DNA from: Octopus sinensis
Taxonomy: Eukaryota
Assembly (NCBI RefSeq): GCF_006345805.1
Contig: NC_042998.1
Span: 186,930,001-186,994,000, forward strand
DNA: 64,000 nucleotides
Direction of reading: 5' to 3'
In this document: in pieces, positions 1-12,449 of the stretch
Layout: each line of letters begins with the position of its first letter
How positions within the stretch are numbered: the first letter of the stretch is position 1
Made by a program: the position numbers and the translations under genes
The notes under the pieces: model-generated
The model's input: the letters and a program-made list of their open reading frames with translations, nothing else
Database searches by the model: none
What the model was told of the DNA's origin: nothing

Positions 1-63
<63 letters not shown>
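1..63. repeat. Compound (TA)n(GA)n microsatellite
   Basis: Directly visible; truncated by window start. Confidence 0.97.
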
Positions 64-67
<4 letters not shown>

Positions 68-149
68 GTGCAGGCAGACAAACATGTATATTTAGGTAGG
101 GTTGAAAAAAGGGGAGTGGGGGAACTCCCTGAATTATTATTATTTCACA

Positions 150-1000
150 GTGTCTAATCTTGAGAATGCATGTTTGGCATGGTGGGAACATCTTGGGATT
201 TTCTCAGCATGCTTATTTTACCAAGTTTTCATTACTCAGCAGGATGCATAAGGCTTCCTCAAGGCAAAGATCACATGTACTAGACAGCATATTGTATGGG
301 TGTGCATTTTTTTTTTTTATTATAGACCATTCCGTTTGGTATTTAATTCTTCCTTCCCTCAATCTCCATATTAGGTCTGCTGGTGAAGTTGCATGTCGTC
401 TGTTTACCTTTCAGAATGAGGAGATATGGTGGGGATAACTAACGTTAAATTGGTTTTGTATTCTGGTATGGTGATTGTGCATTTGCATATTATGTTTTTT
501 AGGACACATTAGTTCATGAGTGGACATGCAGATTTCCTGCAGCAGGTGCAGTTATTTGTACTATTATTATTTTCATATCTATCTGATGACTTGTTTTTGT
601 TTTTGAAATGTCCTGTCTGATTGTCTGTGTCTGAAGCGTTCCTGATGTTGTATTTTTTTTTTTGAGTTTTTGCTTTGATCTTACTGCAACTGTCATGTAC
701 ATTATCCAAGTTTTTGTGATCTTTGTTTTGTTTATTTTTGTTACTGGTCCTATATCCTGTGTTGTTTTGATTTGTTTGTTCATTGTCTGCAGATGTTGTT
801 AGCATGTTTATTTTCCTATTGTTGTATTTACATATGCAGTATTCCATGTTGTTAGATGTTGCATATGATATTTTCACTGTATGCTTGTTGAATATACAAT
901 GGTATTTAGGGAATTGTTTTCCTAACTTGGATGATATTTGCAGTCTGAAAATTGGATTACACCATAAAACTAAGATTGGTCTTTCCTTATGGTTGCACAC
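150..1000 (-). mobile_element. Penelope-like element (PLE), degenerate linker + GIY-YIG endonuclease half
   Basis: Minus-strand translation gives ILVLWCNPIF...HCIFNKHTVKISYATSNNM (PLE consensus-like IIWFNPPF...KIFNRNTVKISYS) and IWRLREGRIKYQTEWSIIKKKNAHPYNMLSSTCDLCLEEALCIL (PLE GIY-YIG C-terminus with CxLC motif); frameshifted. Confidence 0.8.
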
Positions 1001-1022
1001 TTAGAAGGTTACATGATGGTTT

Positions 1023-1710
1023 ATGAAAACAGAAAAAACAAAAAATTCCAAATTTATACAATTAGATATGGTTAGCTACTACTCCACAATTAACCCTATA
1101 ATACTAAATAAAGTACTCATATTCACAATGAAAAATTCTAGCTTATCTAAGTCAGATGTAGACATGATATTAACAGCTCATCAAACCATTATTATTTACG
1201 ATAAGTAATGGACTAGACCAAATAGAGCTAATTCTTTTGATATAACAATGGGATCGAACGACTCAGCTCAGGTAATGGATAGCATTGAAATCTACCTCTT
1301 ATTCCACATCAAATCTGAATTCCCACAAATAATGGGGTAGGGGGCTATACAGGGACAATGCCCTTTACCTAATCAAAAACTCTATAAATTATTTATATTA
1401 TTTAGAAATTTTGGCCTTTCTATAACCATAAACTGTCATTATCGTAAGGTAAACTTCCTAAATGCAACCTTTAACTTAGAAACAGGCCTGTGCAAACCAT
1501 ATCACAGGCCAAAAAAGTGCCTAAGATAGATAAATGTAAAGTCCAATCATCCACCATCCATAACCAAAGGAATAGTTAAGAACATAGCCACCAGAATATC
1601 ACGACTATCAGCTACAGAAGAAATATTTACACACATGCACCGTACTACAATGAAGCACTTGTGTCGAAACAATTGCAGTGATTAAAAAAAATAACTGTTC
1701 AACCATACTC
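1023..1710 (+). mobile_element. Penelope-like element, degenerate reverse transcriptase + thumb
   Basis: FIQLDMVSYYSTI, FDITMGSNDSAQV (1245-1262), GLYRDNAL (1342-1365; YRDD to YRDN), NHPPSITKGIVKNIATRISRLSATEEIF and APYYNEAL, matching PLE RT/thumb motifs; multiple stops and frameshifts. Confidence 0.85.
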
Positions 1711-2329
1711 CTTGTTGACTTCAATTTATTCAATTTTACATTCACACACGACAAATGCCCAAACAAACTTGGAAGTATATATAATAATACTACTAGATAG
1801 TAGTGGGAAATTCTAAAGGTGGACAAGCTTTATACTGTTCTCTACCACATTCCTAATGGAATATACCAAACTATTTATATATATATATGCTAATATTGAA
1901 CAGTCAGAATGAGTACTCAATGCTGTATTGGGGGATAAATATTTGTGGGTTAACAGGGAAACCAATGGTTTCCAGTGAGGTGATCTCAATTGTTGAAGCA
2001 TGCCACATGAAAGTGTTGGTGTTTGTCTCCATTTCGGATAGGGATATATAAAGCTACACATAAATACATCGATCATGGAAAGTGACTTATAAGAATATCT
2101 TAATTGTTATCTCCCTTGCATTAGCCCTGGATTTTTGCAAGAACTTGCATCCACCATAGATTAATTAATTACCTTATTATCTTATATGAGAATATTCATG
2201 CATGCACATATTTATAAATATATATTTACATTTATATACAACAAAAAAAAATATAAACATAAAAATACACACACAGACACACATACATTTTGAAAAACAA
2301 ATACAAATAGACCAAATCTTCATGGCTAA

Positions 2330-4135
2330 ACATATAAGTCTTCTTTGACCAAATGGTGACTACAGTGAAGCATATATACAATCTTATCCCCCAGAAGTTC
2401 TGTTTTATGCACAGGCTAAATAATTTGTGTAACTCCAAATACTCAGAGCTAGATTTTCCCATAAAGCATTTAAATGAACAAGCAAAATATATCATAAGAT
2501 GTAACTTGATACAAAGCAGGCTGGCATTATAAAGCCATTCCACTTCCACTGATGGACAGACAGAACAGTCAGCTAATTCTAGCAGTAAACAATACACCAA
2601 CAATTTAGCTGAAATTCATAACTATACTGTACAAACAGAACACCAAAATCTTGTAAGCATCTTACAAGTAATCTGGGATATGTTTCAACAGGTCCACAAC
2701 CTTAATTTGAATGACAGGCCATACAACACCAGAATTAGTAAAGAACCCAGTAAATTAGAATTAGAGGCAGTAAACAAAATAGCAAACAAATATATGAAGA
2801 CCACACAGTCTAGAGGGGGTATGAAAACCACCCATGAAATCATTAACTTTTGATATATGTCTCAGCTATTACATTATTAGCATATCACAAAAAGCTGATG
2901 CCCTGCAATCTAGAAAGCTGAAGCCATGCAATCAGAAAGCCTGAACCAGCATGGGCACATAACTTAAAAATAAAATTTTTAATTTTGCACAAAAGTATCT
3001 CACAGGTCATTGTAGTTATGAAATGTAACACAAACAACAACACACATTGAAAGACTTCAGAAAAAAAACTAGAGAGGCTGTTTGGTAGTAACCTAAACTC
3101 CAAACTGCACCAGCTGAAACAACTCATCTACAAAACAGCTGAAAAGCTAAAATATAGATCGAGAGCTTATACATGACAAATGTTCAATAAATTATTTGCC
3201 AGAGATCCCAAATCAGTTTATCATAGCTTCAATGCAAAAGGCTCAATCTCTGTAAAAGACACACCTACAAAAGATCAGGTTGAAAGCTACTGGAGATCTG
3301 GACGAGAAACAAATGGAGTTCAACAAACAAACTATACGGCTAAAAGAACTGGAACACAACTGCCAGCGTGTCCAGCAAAAGCTAGATAAAATAGATGGTA
3401 AAATATTGTAAACAGTTCTACAGGACATGTCAAACAGGAAATTTCCAAATCCAAATCTCATAACAGGCTACTGTCTGAAGAATTTCACCTTTTATTGGCA
3501 AGATCTCATATGGCTGTATGGAGAAACTATCAAGGGCAAACAAGAACTGCCCCTAATGGTTATCAACCTCAACTACTCTCCTCATTCCCCAAAATAGCCA
3601 AACCACTCTTGTTAAAATTTACTGCCCCATGGCCTGCTAGAACATCATGTACAAGCTATACATTAGGTGCCTCAATCTGTTCTTGTAGGGTCACTGTACC
3701 ATCAATATTAGAATACCTGAGCAAACTGGAGGAAAGAAGGTGTGGAGCTGCATATAGCAGCTACTAATTAACAAAATGATCCAGGAAAAAACAATAAAAA
3801 AATAACAGGAACTTAACTGTAGCATGGCTGGACTACAAGAAGGCTTTTGATAGTATATCGCATGGGTGGATTATACAATTAAAGTCCTACAATCACTAGC
3901 GAGTGCTACTGAACACCTGACCAAATTGAGTCAGCATTCACTAACAAAAAAGCATGTTTCAGGGTGATAGCCTATTAGTGTGGCTCTTGATCCTTTCATT
4001 AAACCCACTATCATACCTACTAACAGAACATATAAGTCATAGAAATGGATCCAGAAATATCTCCCAACTTTTCTTTGACCTAACCTGTATGGGCCAAATA
4101 TCAATGACCTGAAACTGTATGGGCCAAATATCAAC
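2330..4135 (+). mobile_element. R4/Dong-like non-LTR retrotransposon, decayed ORF
   Basis: Collinear motifs: NKLFARDPKSVYHSF...PTKDQVESYW, YCPMAC*NIMYKLY, QLLINKMI, NLTVAWLDYKKAFDSISHGWI (3810-3875), MFQGDSL (3954-3974), LNPLSYLL, INDLKLY (~4100-4120). Many stops. Clade assignment from recalled consensus. Confidence 0.8.
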
Positions 4136-4400
4136 CACATAAAAAAAAAACCCTTTGGTTCACATAACCTTGCAAGTGACATTTGGTAGATAGAAACCAC
4201 ACAAAGTTTTGTTACAAGGATGTTTCTTTTTCTTGGGTTGTAGGCATAATTAATCTATTGCCAATTTACGACTACCTGGCCTCTGACAATATTATATTTG
4301 AGTAAGTGAAGTACTGAACTCATTAGTATTCTGCTAACAAGTTACTGCCACACATTTAAATTTGATATATTGAGTTTTAAAATGTCCAGTTTGTATTTAA

Positions 4401-4615
4401 CCCTCTAGTGTTCAGATTACTCTGTTAAATGTAATGCTTTTTTATTTAAATTGTTTTGAATTAATCATGCATTAGCTTATAGCGTTGAGGTTTCAATGAT
4501 GTGATTGCTTATTTTTAGATTGTCAATGTAGGTTAGGAGTGGAGAGGCTAGATATGTCCAGTTTGAATATGTAGAATATATTGGGCCGGATTTGGCCAGT
4601 TTAAACACTAAAGAG
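4401..4615. mobile_element. piggyBac-type MITE (subfamily A, CCCTTTAG ends)
   Basis: TTAA at 4397-4400 and 4616-4619; degenerate TIRs ccctctagtgtt / aacactaaagag; homologous to copy at 45104-45322. Confidence 0.8.
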
Positions 4616-5323
4616 TTAAGGTATAATTCTAGACAGTATGTTATAAAATATGATTTGGAACATGTGGTTCTAGCACCTAATCCAACAGCGATGAGGCTTC
4701 TACATAAGCAAGCAACATTATTTATGTAAAAAGGCCGCCTGAGATATTGCTTTCTGGAAACAAAATAATTTACAGCTCTTATATTCAGATTTTTAATGAA
4801 TTAACCTATTATAAAGTCAGTTAATTCACACACTATTTCAAATATATGACTCCCATTTTATCAAAATATAAAGATAATACTGAATAGAAATAAGCAAACA
4901 AAATTAGCAATTAGACAAATGGGATAAACTAATGACTGAAACACAAACCCTAGCAATTATTTCACAATATACAAACACTGAAATTACAATAAATGCTAAT
5001 TTAACACTATGTCGACACTAACCATGACCCTAACCCAATTTTGTTGAGATAGAGAAGTACAAATAAACAAGAACTCTTTAGATATGTTATGCAGTAAAGA
5101 AGAATATACAGCTTATTGTCATAGTTTAATTTCTTTACTTCCATCTTGTCTTTCTTTTTGTTCTTTTAACCCAATCTCATACACATAAAGTTTTAAAATT
5201 TCATTCAGTTAGGAATAACTATAAATAAGGAATCGATATGACATTATCTCAAAGCAAAGGCTGTCAGGTCAAATTTAGCCTGCAACCTCATTTCATCCAG
5301 CCCACCAATTTTATTGAATATAT

Positions 5324-5742
5324 ACTCTCTCTTTTACTCTTTTACTTGTTTCAGTCATTTGACTGCGGCCATGCTAGAGTACCACCTTTAATCGAGCAAC
5401 TCGACCACGGGACTTATTCTTTTTTGTAAGCCCAGTACTTATTCTATCGGTCTCTTTTTGCCGAACCGCTAAGTAACGGGGATGTAAACACACCAGCATC
5501 GGTTATCAAGCAATGCTAGGGGGACAAACACAGACACACAAACACACAAGCACGCATATATATATATACATATATACGACGGGCTTCTTTTAGTTTCCGT
5601 CTACCAAATCCACTCACAAGGCTTTGGTCGGCCCGAGGCTATAGTAGAAGACACTTGCCCAAGGTGCCACGCAGTAGGACTGAACCCGGAACCATGTGGT
5701 TGGTAAACAAGCTACTTGCCACACAGCCACCCCTGCGCCTAT
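5324..5742 (-). mobile_element. tRNA-derived SINE (head type 1, tail type A), near full length
   Basis: Minus strand starts ataggcgcaggggtggctgtgtgg (A-box-like), then ggttcagtcct (B-box-like), ccttgggcaagtgtcttct core, internal (TA)/(TG) tract and (GTAAAAGA)-like tail; highly similar to copy at 11731-12174. Confidence 0.85.
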
Positions 5743-8700
5743 ATGACACTGCAAACGAAATATTTTGTTCTCTTTATCATTTGCTGACAAACAATGAAAA
5801 AGGATTCCTTCATTTGGTAAAATTATCAAAGTTCCTTCTGCTTAAAAGCAGTAAATGTTTTTACCTTCCTAAATGAACAGAACTACAGTGCAATATATCA
5901 TACACAATTCATTCTAAGAAAGGAAAATGACAAAATGACAAAAAAATGTTTGTTTGTAGAGGCAAGTGGGTAAACTGGCTCAAGTCACTTCTACCTCAAA
6001 GTTGTAATCATTCTCACTCAGCCTAATTACAATTTAGTCCTTCACTGCATGTTGTATTACACATGGCACATAAAAATTTTTACATTGTTAAATGTTTAGA
6101 ACAGGCAATTTAAAAAAAAAAAATTAAATAGAAGCTGTCTTTTTAGCCTTGCATAATCATTTCATTTTTTATGCATTTTGGCTAGAAAGATAAAGGAACA
6201 TCTTCAGTCTGATCTGTCCCAAGAAAAGTTTGCCAATAACTACCTCAGAAGTATAGGAATGTGGTATCTAAGAGACAGTGTCCTACAATAATAAACTATG
6301 ATTTGCTAACTATTAGATGTTGAAGCACCTTTTGAAGATTTAATAAAAAAAAATTTGCTCATTATAAAATTTACTGGGTTTTGTGTAGCAGCAATAAAAG
6401 AATTGGCAGAAATACTTTTTTGCCTATCATGTTAGCCTTTGACATCTCAGTAGTTAATAATAATTTATCAAATGCTTTTAGCCTCACTTCCCATAAATAT
6501 TAGCACCATGCCTAGTTAAATGAAATCAATGTGGAAATAATTCAAGGAAGTGTGTGCCAAAAATCCCTGAACATGTAACCAAGAAACAAATATCAGCTTT
6601 AAGAAGTAATCTCAAACAAAACACAGAGCAAAAAGAAAATCCCAATAAAAATTTTACAACGAAACAAAATTTGTTTATATCATTCAAAATGAAAATACAT
6701 AAAACCTGGATAAAATGCACAATTTATACAATATAATATTCTATTATTGAAAGTTACAAGTCTTAAATATTTAATTCTTACAAAAGGGAAAAAATATAAA
6801 AATAAGAAAAGATTCTCATTTTCTGCCTATTTAAGAGATTATAAGAGAAACAGCTCATATTATGTAGTTTAAAATCATTTAAATAATACCTATCGCTTTC
6901 CATCAAAATAAAATAAGATTAATGTTACATTGACATGAAATGTTAGGAGACTAAAAGAATGATTGCAAATATTTAGACTTTATTCACAGTAATTCTATCT
7001 GTTCTCACGGAAGTTCCTTACTTTTAAAGGAAATGTTGCCAACCACAAATAAAAGAAGCTTGGGAAAAAAGATTCTACACTACTTTGTAGTCTCAATGCC
7101 ACTGAAATAGTCGCTATGTAGAAGAAACTTGATCTGCCAAGATGTATTAAAACTAGAGAATTTTCAGATGATACCATAGCTCATGTTGAAAAGTTCTACT
7201 TAACCTTGTGTTAGCTTCTTATATTCTGATATGGGTGTGGTTTGTGTTATAGTGAAGCAGAATTATTTCATAAGTCTATTTACACATACTATTTAGCTTA
7301 CACATTTCAACTTAACTTCCAGAACAAAGTTTTTTTGGTTTTTGTTTTCCTTTTCTTTATAAATCAATGGAAATGATATTTAGAGCAAATAGCTTTAATT
7401 AAAGATTTCATTAAACTCTAATTAGTTAAGATAAATCATACAAAAGGTTAGATCTATGACAGTGACGCATCTGCTTCACAATTAATGAACATATTTCATT
7501 ATCAAAAGCAAAAAAAAAACAAAACAAATTAGTCATTGATTGTTTAATAGATGAAGTAACTCGTATCAATTAATGAAATATTTAAACACAGGACAAAAAT
7601 GATAAAAAAACATCCACTGAGTCATCAGCTAGAAGTGATTCATAAAAACTAATTTGTAATTCAGACCAGATAGCAGCTACGGCATATACAAAAGATATAA
7701 TCATTTTATGTCCGTTAAATACAGAATAGTGAAAATACAGTTGAGTCATTAATATAAATGTAGATCGATGACCATACATTTAATTATTACTCATCACAAA
7801 TCACTTATTGGTATTCTTAAATAAAAAACAAATCTATGCATTAATTATATATTTGTTTTAAAAATAAGACTTATCTTTCAAATGTTATTTACTATGTTAT
7901 TTATTACCAATCATCATTAATGCCTTTTTTTTTCCTTACAATACTCCAAAAATATGAGTAATTAATTACGCAATATTTATCAAACAATTTGAATAGGAAA
8001 TTATGAAATGTAAATCTGCTTCATTAAAATCCAAACAGGTAAAAAGAAATTAAGAAAATATACAATCAAATTGTTTAAAACAATAGTATTATTAGTAGGA
8101 ACACTGTAAGGTCTCTAAAAACTTCAGATTTAATTGTTCTAGGTTTCTTAGGTTTAAAACCAATTGTTTTACTTAATAACAGGGCCTGAAGCAATGTCAC
8201 CAAGCCTGACTTGATGACAATTCTGCCAGCTCGCTGCCAAAGAAATCATTATTAATTATTATTATTATAAATAAAATAATCTCAAAATACAAAGATCAAC
8301 TTTTTGTCTGCAAACATGTTCCATTTGAGAAACTCTGACAAACAAAATGTTTACTTTGACACAAAAGCCGTAAGAAAATTTATATCAATAGACAAATAAT
8401 TATCAGTGAAATTAGAAAAGAAAATAAAGACAACAAATAAAAAATATGGCTGATATTGGGGTACTATAGTAATGCCAACATCATTGAAAGTAACAAGTCA
8501 AAGTGCCTATGCATGCATGGAAGATGGACATTAAACAATGATGATGATGTCAATGTCCAGTTTTTCCATATGAACTGAATACAAGAGTGGAATCAAACAG
8601 CTATTAATCTACAGTGTAAGCATAGCTTTGCTTTAGCTTTTAGAGATGTCTACAATACCAGAATATGTGCTTAGCAGATAATACACTAATTTTGGAACAA

Positions 8701-9434
8701 ACTATTGAACATGAGAAATAGATATGTTGAAAACAGCTTTTGCCATACACTAAATTCAGAACAATGAAATATTTCTGCTAGAATGCAAATTATCATTGCA
8801 ATTGTACAATGGCCAAAATGTGATGCTGCTCCCATTGTTAATGCCATTGTCCTTTTTGTTAGAGAAATAGCAAATAAGTAGAATCATCATGCTCATCATT
8901 TTAGCTCAGATTCTGAACACATAAGAAAATCATTTCAAACGTAATATACTTCCATCACCATTAATAGGTAAAGATCTGCTTTTCCAAACAAGCAAAGGTT
9001 GAAAGTCTACACACAGACAAAAGCATGTAAATATTCAATTTCTTCTAAGTTTAACAAAGAAAAATAAACAAATTTATAATGTGATAAAGCTCTTAGCAAA
9101 TAATCTATTTTAGACACAAGAAATTTAAAGAAAACATCTGAAATGCTTGTGCAAGATTCAACAGTTTTGCTACATTCCATAACAAATAAATATTAGATGA
9201 CCTGATTAATTGTGAAGGTAATGATAACAAATTCAGATAATTAGTTGATATTTCTAAAAGAACTGTCCCTATTTACAAAAGATTCTCCCTCCATATAGAA
9301 TACAGACTTATGTATTAGAAGTATGATACTATATTGTAAATCCAGAGGTCATGCAACAATCATAGAGGAAACAGTTAAGGATTTTGAAGGATGTCTAAAA
9401 TAAATTTCAGAATCAGGTAAAAAGCAAATAGAAG

Positions 9435-11512
9435 TGCATTCGCATCGACAATGGCTTACTTGCAGTTAGTGATTCTACAAAGAGAGAGGCTTGCAAGTAC
9501 CACAATAAAAGGCTGCTAAATGTAGAAATTGCATGGGGAGAGAGCCTGCCTAATGTGAGCCCGACAGAGGGACCGGCTATTCAAATTGATTGTAGCTTAG
9601 TAGATAAAGCAATTAAGGATATGAAGACAGTGAAAGGACTCCAAGCCCATCAGGAATTACTGCTAAGATGCTTAAAATATCTGGGGGAGTAGTATAGTTA
9701 ATCAGGTTGTCCATGAGGGAGTCATACCTAATAACTGGTGTAGCAGCTTCATGTTCAACTACTATAAAAGTAAAGGTGATACATTAGAGAGAAATAATTA
9801 CAGAACTATCATCAAATTGCTGAAGAAAGTTACGGAAAGGTCACAGCTCAATTAATTAGGAAGAGAGTTAGCCAAGATGAGATGCAGTTTGGTTTTGTGC
9901 TGGGAAGAGGCACTACTGATGCTATCCTCCAGGTGAGGTAACTGCAGGAAAGGTATATAATCAAAAATATACCTCTGTATTTGGCTTTTGTTGACATGAA
10001 GAAACCCTTTGACAGGGCCCCCCACTCCCTTGTCTTTGGTCAATGTGGAAGCTGGAGATAGACGAGTGGTTGCTGAGAGCTGTAGAAGCCATCTAACAGG
10101 GATGCTGTCAGTATGTCAGGATGGTGAAAGTTGGCAATGTATATAGCAAGGAATTTAGTGTACAGGTAACAGTTCACCAAGAATCAGTTCTCAGCTCCCT
10201 CTTATTTATCAAAGTCCTCGAGTCTATAACAGAAGAATTTAAAACTGGCTGCCCTTGGAAGCTTGTTCTTATTGCTGAATTGTTACCAGAACTAGAGAAG
10301 AAATTCCAGGAGTAGAAGCAAGGTCTGGAATCAAAAGACCTTAGAGTTAATGTACCAAAGACTAAAGTCCTAATTAGCAGGAAAATAGATAAATCACTGA
10401 TCCCTTAAGGGCAGTGACCCTGCTCAATATGTAGAAAAGGTGTTGGTAGAAACTGCATACATTGTACCCACTGCAAGCTATGGACACTTAAGAAGAGATG
10501 CAGCAGTATCAGTGGAAGGTTAACAGAGAAAGTAGTCTTTGTGTGCATGTACAATAAACATTAGGAATGTGCAGAAAATAGACTCCCCCAAATGTCCTGG
10601 TGGATCCCTAGAAGTAGTAGACAGCTTCAATTATCTAGGCAACCAAATCAACTGTGGAGGAGGAAGCTCTGAAAGCATAGTTGTAAGAATAAGAACAGGC
10701 AGGACAAAGATCAGACAGCTTCTACCTTTGTCAATAAAAGAGGGCCTCTCCTTCACAGTGAAAGGCAGATTGTATGATGCCTGTGTGCAAATAGCTATGC
10801 TACATGGTGGTGAGATATGGGTTGTGACTACTGGAGACATAGAGAGGCTTCAATGAAATGAAACCAACATGCTCCGTTGGATGATTAATGTAAGTGTGCA
10901 TGTACAACAAAGAGTAAGTGACTTGAGTAGAAATTTGGGCATAAGAGGCATCAGATGTAGTGTGCAAGAGAGAAGACTGTTGGTATGGTGGTGATGTGAA
11001 TGGATGAGGATAACTGCATAAAGAAGTGCTGATCAATAATTATGGAGGGAAAATGTGGAAGGAGTAGACCCAGGAAAATGTGAGAAAGGATCTTCAGAGG
11101 TCCTCATTGAGAAGATGACAAGAGACCAAGACTTCTGATGATTTGATTAAGGCAACACGTCAAGCCAAGAAAATCGTGGCCATATATACATACAGGCATG
11201 TCCCGCTGTGTGCCAAGAGGTTCCTGTCCTGCAAGCTCGTAGGTGCTATCATGACATAACAGTACCTGTGCCAGTGTCATGTAAGATGCACCCATGCCAG
11301 TGCCACAAAAGCACCCATACCAGTACCATGTATAAAGTGCCCATGCTGTTGCCATATAAAAAGCACTCAGTACACTCTGTAAAGTGATTGGCATTAGGAA
11401 GGGCATCCAGCCATGGAAACCATCCCAAAACAGACAATTGGAGTCTGGCCAGCTCCTGTCAAACTGTTCAACCCTTGCCTGCATGGAAAATAGATATTAA
11501 ATGATGATGATG
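9435..11512 (+). mobile_element. RTE-clade LINE, 5'-truncated and decayed, with 3'UTR and (GAT)n tail
   Basis: RLLNVEIAW..PAIQID..KAIKDMK, SGITAKMLKISG, AFVDMKKPFDR, VHQESVLSSLLFI, GCPWKL[YADD deleted]VLIAE, CSICRKGVG, FNYLG, GRLYDACVQIAMLHGGEIW, RPRKM; 3'UTR with repeated gcacc cores ending tgatgatgatg at ~11502-11512. Confidence 0.9.
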
Positions 11513-11730
11513 GTTATAATAATTATTGCATGCAAAAGACATCACAGCAACAGTATGGACAAATAATGTATTGGACAATATATGTTTAGTGAAGAAGTGC
11601 TTTGCCTTAGTGATGAAGGGTACATGGGATAGAAGAGAAATTTGAGATAACCTGAGCATGAAAAGCTTTTATTATATGATGGAGTTACCGTAACAAATAT
11701 TCTGACAAATGTCACCACATGCATATATAT

Positions 11731-11939
11731 ACTCTCTTTACCCTCTTTTACTAGTTTCAGTCATTTGACTGTGACCATGCTGGAGCACGGCCTTTAGTCG
11801 AGCAAATCGACCCCAGGACTTATTCTCTGTAAGCCTAGTACTCATTCTATCGATCTCTTTTGCTGAACTGCTAAGTTACGGGGACATAAACACACCACCA
11901 TCGATTGTCAAGCAATGTTGGGAGGGTGGGGGTGGATAA

Positions 11940-12002
<63 letters not shown>

Positions 12003-12174
12003 TATATATGATGAGCTTCTTTCAGCTTCTGTCTACCAAATCCACTCACAAGGCTTTGGTCAACCCAAGGCTATAGTAGAAGACACTTGCCCAAGGTGCC
12101 ACGCAGTGGGACTGAACCCGGAGCCATGTGGTTCGTAAGCAAGCTACTTACCACACAGCCACTCCTACACCTAT
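11731..12174 (-). mobile_element. tRNA-derived SINE (head type 1, tail type A), near full length
   Basis: Same structure as 5324-5742 with expanded internal (CA)n(TA)n(CA)n at 11941-12008. Confidence 0.85.
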
Positions 12175-12449
12175 ATGATTACTTGAAAAGTAAAAGTGAA
12201 CTCTGAAAATGCTATAGGAATCTTACATGATATAAGCTTAATTTAATCACACTATCAGGTTAATTCAATAAAAAAAAAATCGCATATCAGATGAATGAAT
12301 ATATATATATATATATATATATAGTAAACAGAGCTGAAAGGAAATTTTAAAAAGTACTGAGTTGATAACAAAGAAAACAAACTGCAGTTTTACTCATAAT
12401 TAGTTTAAATATTTTGTTGCTGAAGTTGGAAACTGGTCATATAATTTCT

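Noticed and set aside
5324-5742. tRNA-like A/B boxes in SINE heads as tRNA genes
   Set aside because: No complete cloverleaf; contiguous with SINE core and tail in many decayed copies.
5865-5913. Minus-strand exon-like segment with strong acceptor and GTAAAA donor
   Set aside because: 49 nt with stops in all three frames; no other support.
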